NCBI GenBank assembly: GCA_003056265.1 | Contig: NBVN01000010.1 | Coordinates: forward strand, 12,214 to 18,982 | Source: Zestosphaera tikiterensis | Lineage (GTDB): Archaea; Thermoproteota; Thermoprotei_A; Sulfolobales; NBVN01 | Direction: 5' to 3' | Length of the DNA: 6,769 nt | Shown here: positions 6,614 through 6,769 of the stretch, one piece after another | Numbering within the stretch: position 1 is the first letter of the stretch | How the letters are laid out: each line of letters opens with the position of its first letter | Program-made: the position numbers and the translations under genes | The notes under the pieces: model-generated | What the model was told of the DNA's origin: nothing | Databases searched by the model: none | Seen by the model: the letters and a program-made list of their open reading frames with translations, nothing else

Positions 6614-6769
6614 CCTTCAATTCATTCTTTTTTGATACCTGATGAACTGCGTCGTAGGTAGTGTTGAGGATGTTTATCTTTCAATTCATTCTTTTTTGAT
6701 ACAAGGAGTGGAGGCACTACTGCGGTGCCGCCCCAATATATCACCTTTCAATTCATTCTTTTTTGATAC
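6614..6769 (-). CRISPR. CRISPR array, trailer end, continuing past the right edge: 25-nt repeat GTATCAAAAAAGAATGAATTGAAAG (minus strand), three repeats visible
   Basis: Repeats lie at 6614-6638, 6678-6702 and 6745-6769, with unique spacers of 39 nt (6639-6677) and 42 nt (6703-6744). The second and third repeats are identical. The first has one mismatch (plus strand ccttcaa versus ctttcaa, so the minus strand ends ...ATTGAAGG). The minus-strand reading ends in ATTGAAAG, the source of the conserved 8-nt crRNA 5' handle in many archaeal arrays. This puts transcription on the minus strand and the leader beyond 6769. Confidence 0.9.

Noticed and set aside
6430-6642. 70-codon plus-strand ORF antisense to the small acidic protein gene
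   Set aside because: It is Ser-rich and low-complexity. It runs through the promoter region and into the first CRISPR repeat. The minus-strand ORF has better composition and a TATA/G-rich upstream context.

Overview
AT-rich, archaeal-looking locus. It is probably crenarchaeal, Sulfolobales- or Desulfurococcales-like. That guess rests on a CRISPR repeat ending in ATTGAAAG, TATA-like boxes about 25-30 nt upstream of start codons, and a Thr-rich stalk on a secreted protein. All calls come from hand translation and motif recognition; no homology search was possible.

Left to right:
(1) 1-2302, minus strand: a 767-codon ORF that runs off the left edge and is missing from the supplied ORF track. 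It encodes a secreted gluzincin-type zinc metallopeptidase-like protein.
(2) 2303-3126: an 824-bp ORF-poor stretch holding a 12-bp perfect inverted repeat and a dense cluster of ATTGAA motifs.
(3) 3127-4662, minus strand: a phospholipase-D (HKD) superfamily nuclease-like gene broken by two compensating 1-nt frameshifts. The catalytic His-x-Lys is pushed out of frame. It carries a roughly 330-aa uncharacterised C-terminal region.
(4) 4663-5327: a 665-bp divergent intergenic region with a GC-enriched, ORF-free block.
(5) 5328-5912, plus strand: a multi-pass membrane protein, followed by an A/C-rich, G-poor tract.
(6) 6342-6554, minus strand: a small acidic protein.
(7) 6614-6769+: the trailer end of a CRISPR array of 25-nt repeats, read on the minus strand.

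About 28% of the window is ORF-free. Together with the frameshifted nuclease gene, this suggests a decaying accessory region next to the array. I did not find a clearly novel multi-gene system. The most interesting items are the disrupted HKD nuclease with its unknown C-terminal module, the ATTGAA and inverted-repeat cluster, and the small gene abutting the array trailer.
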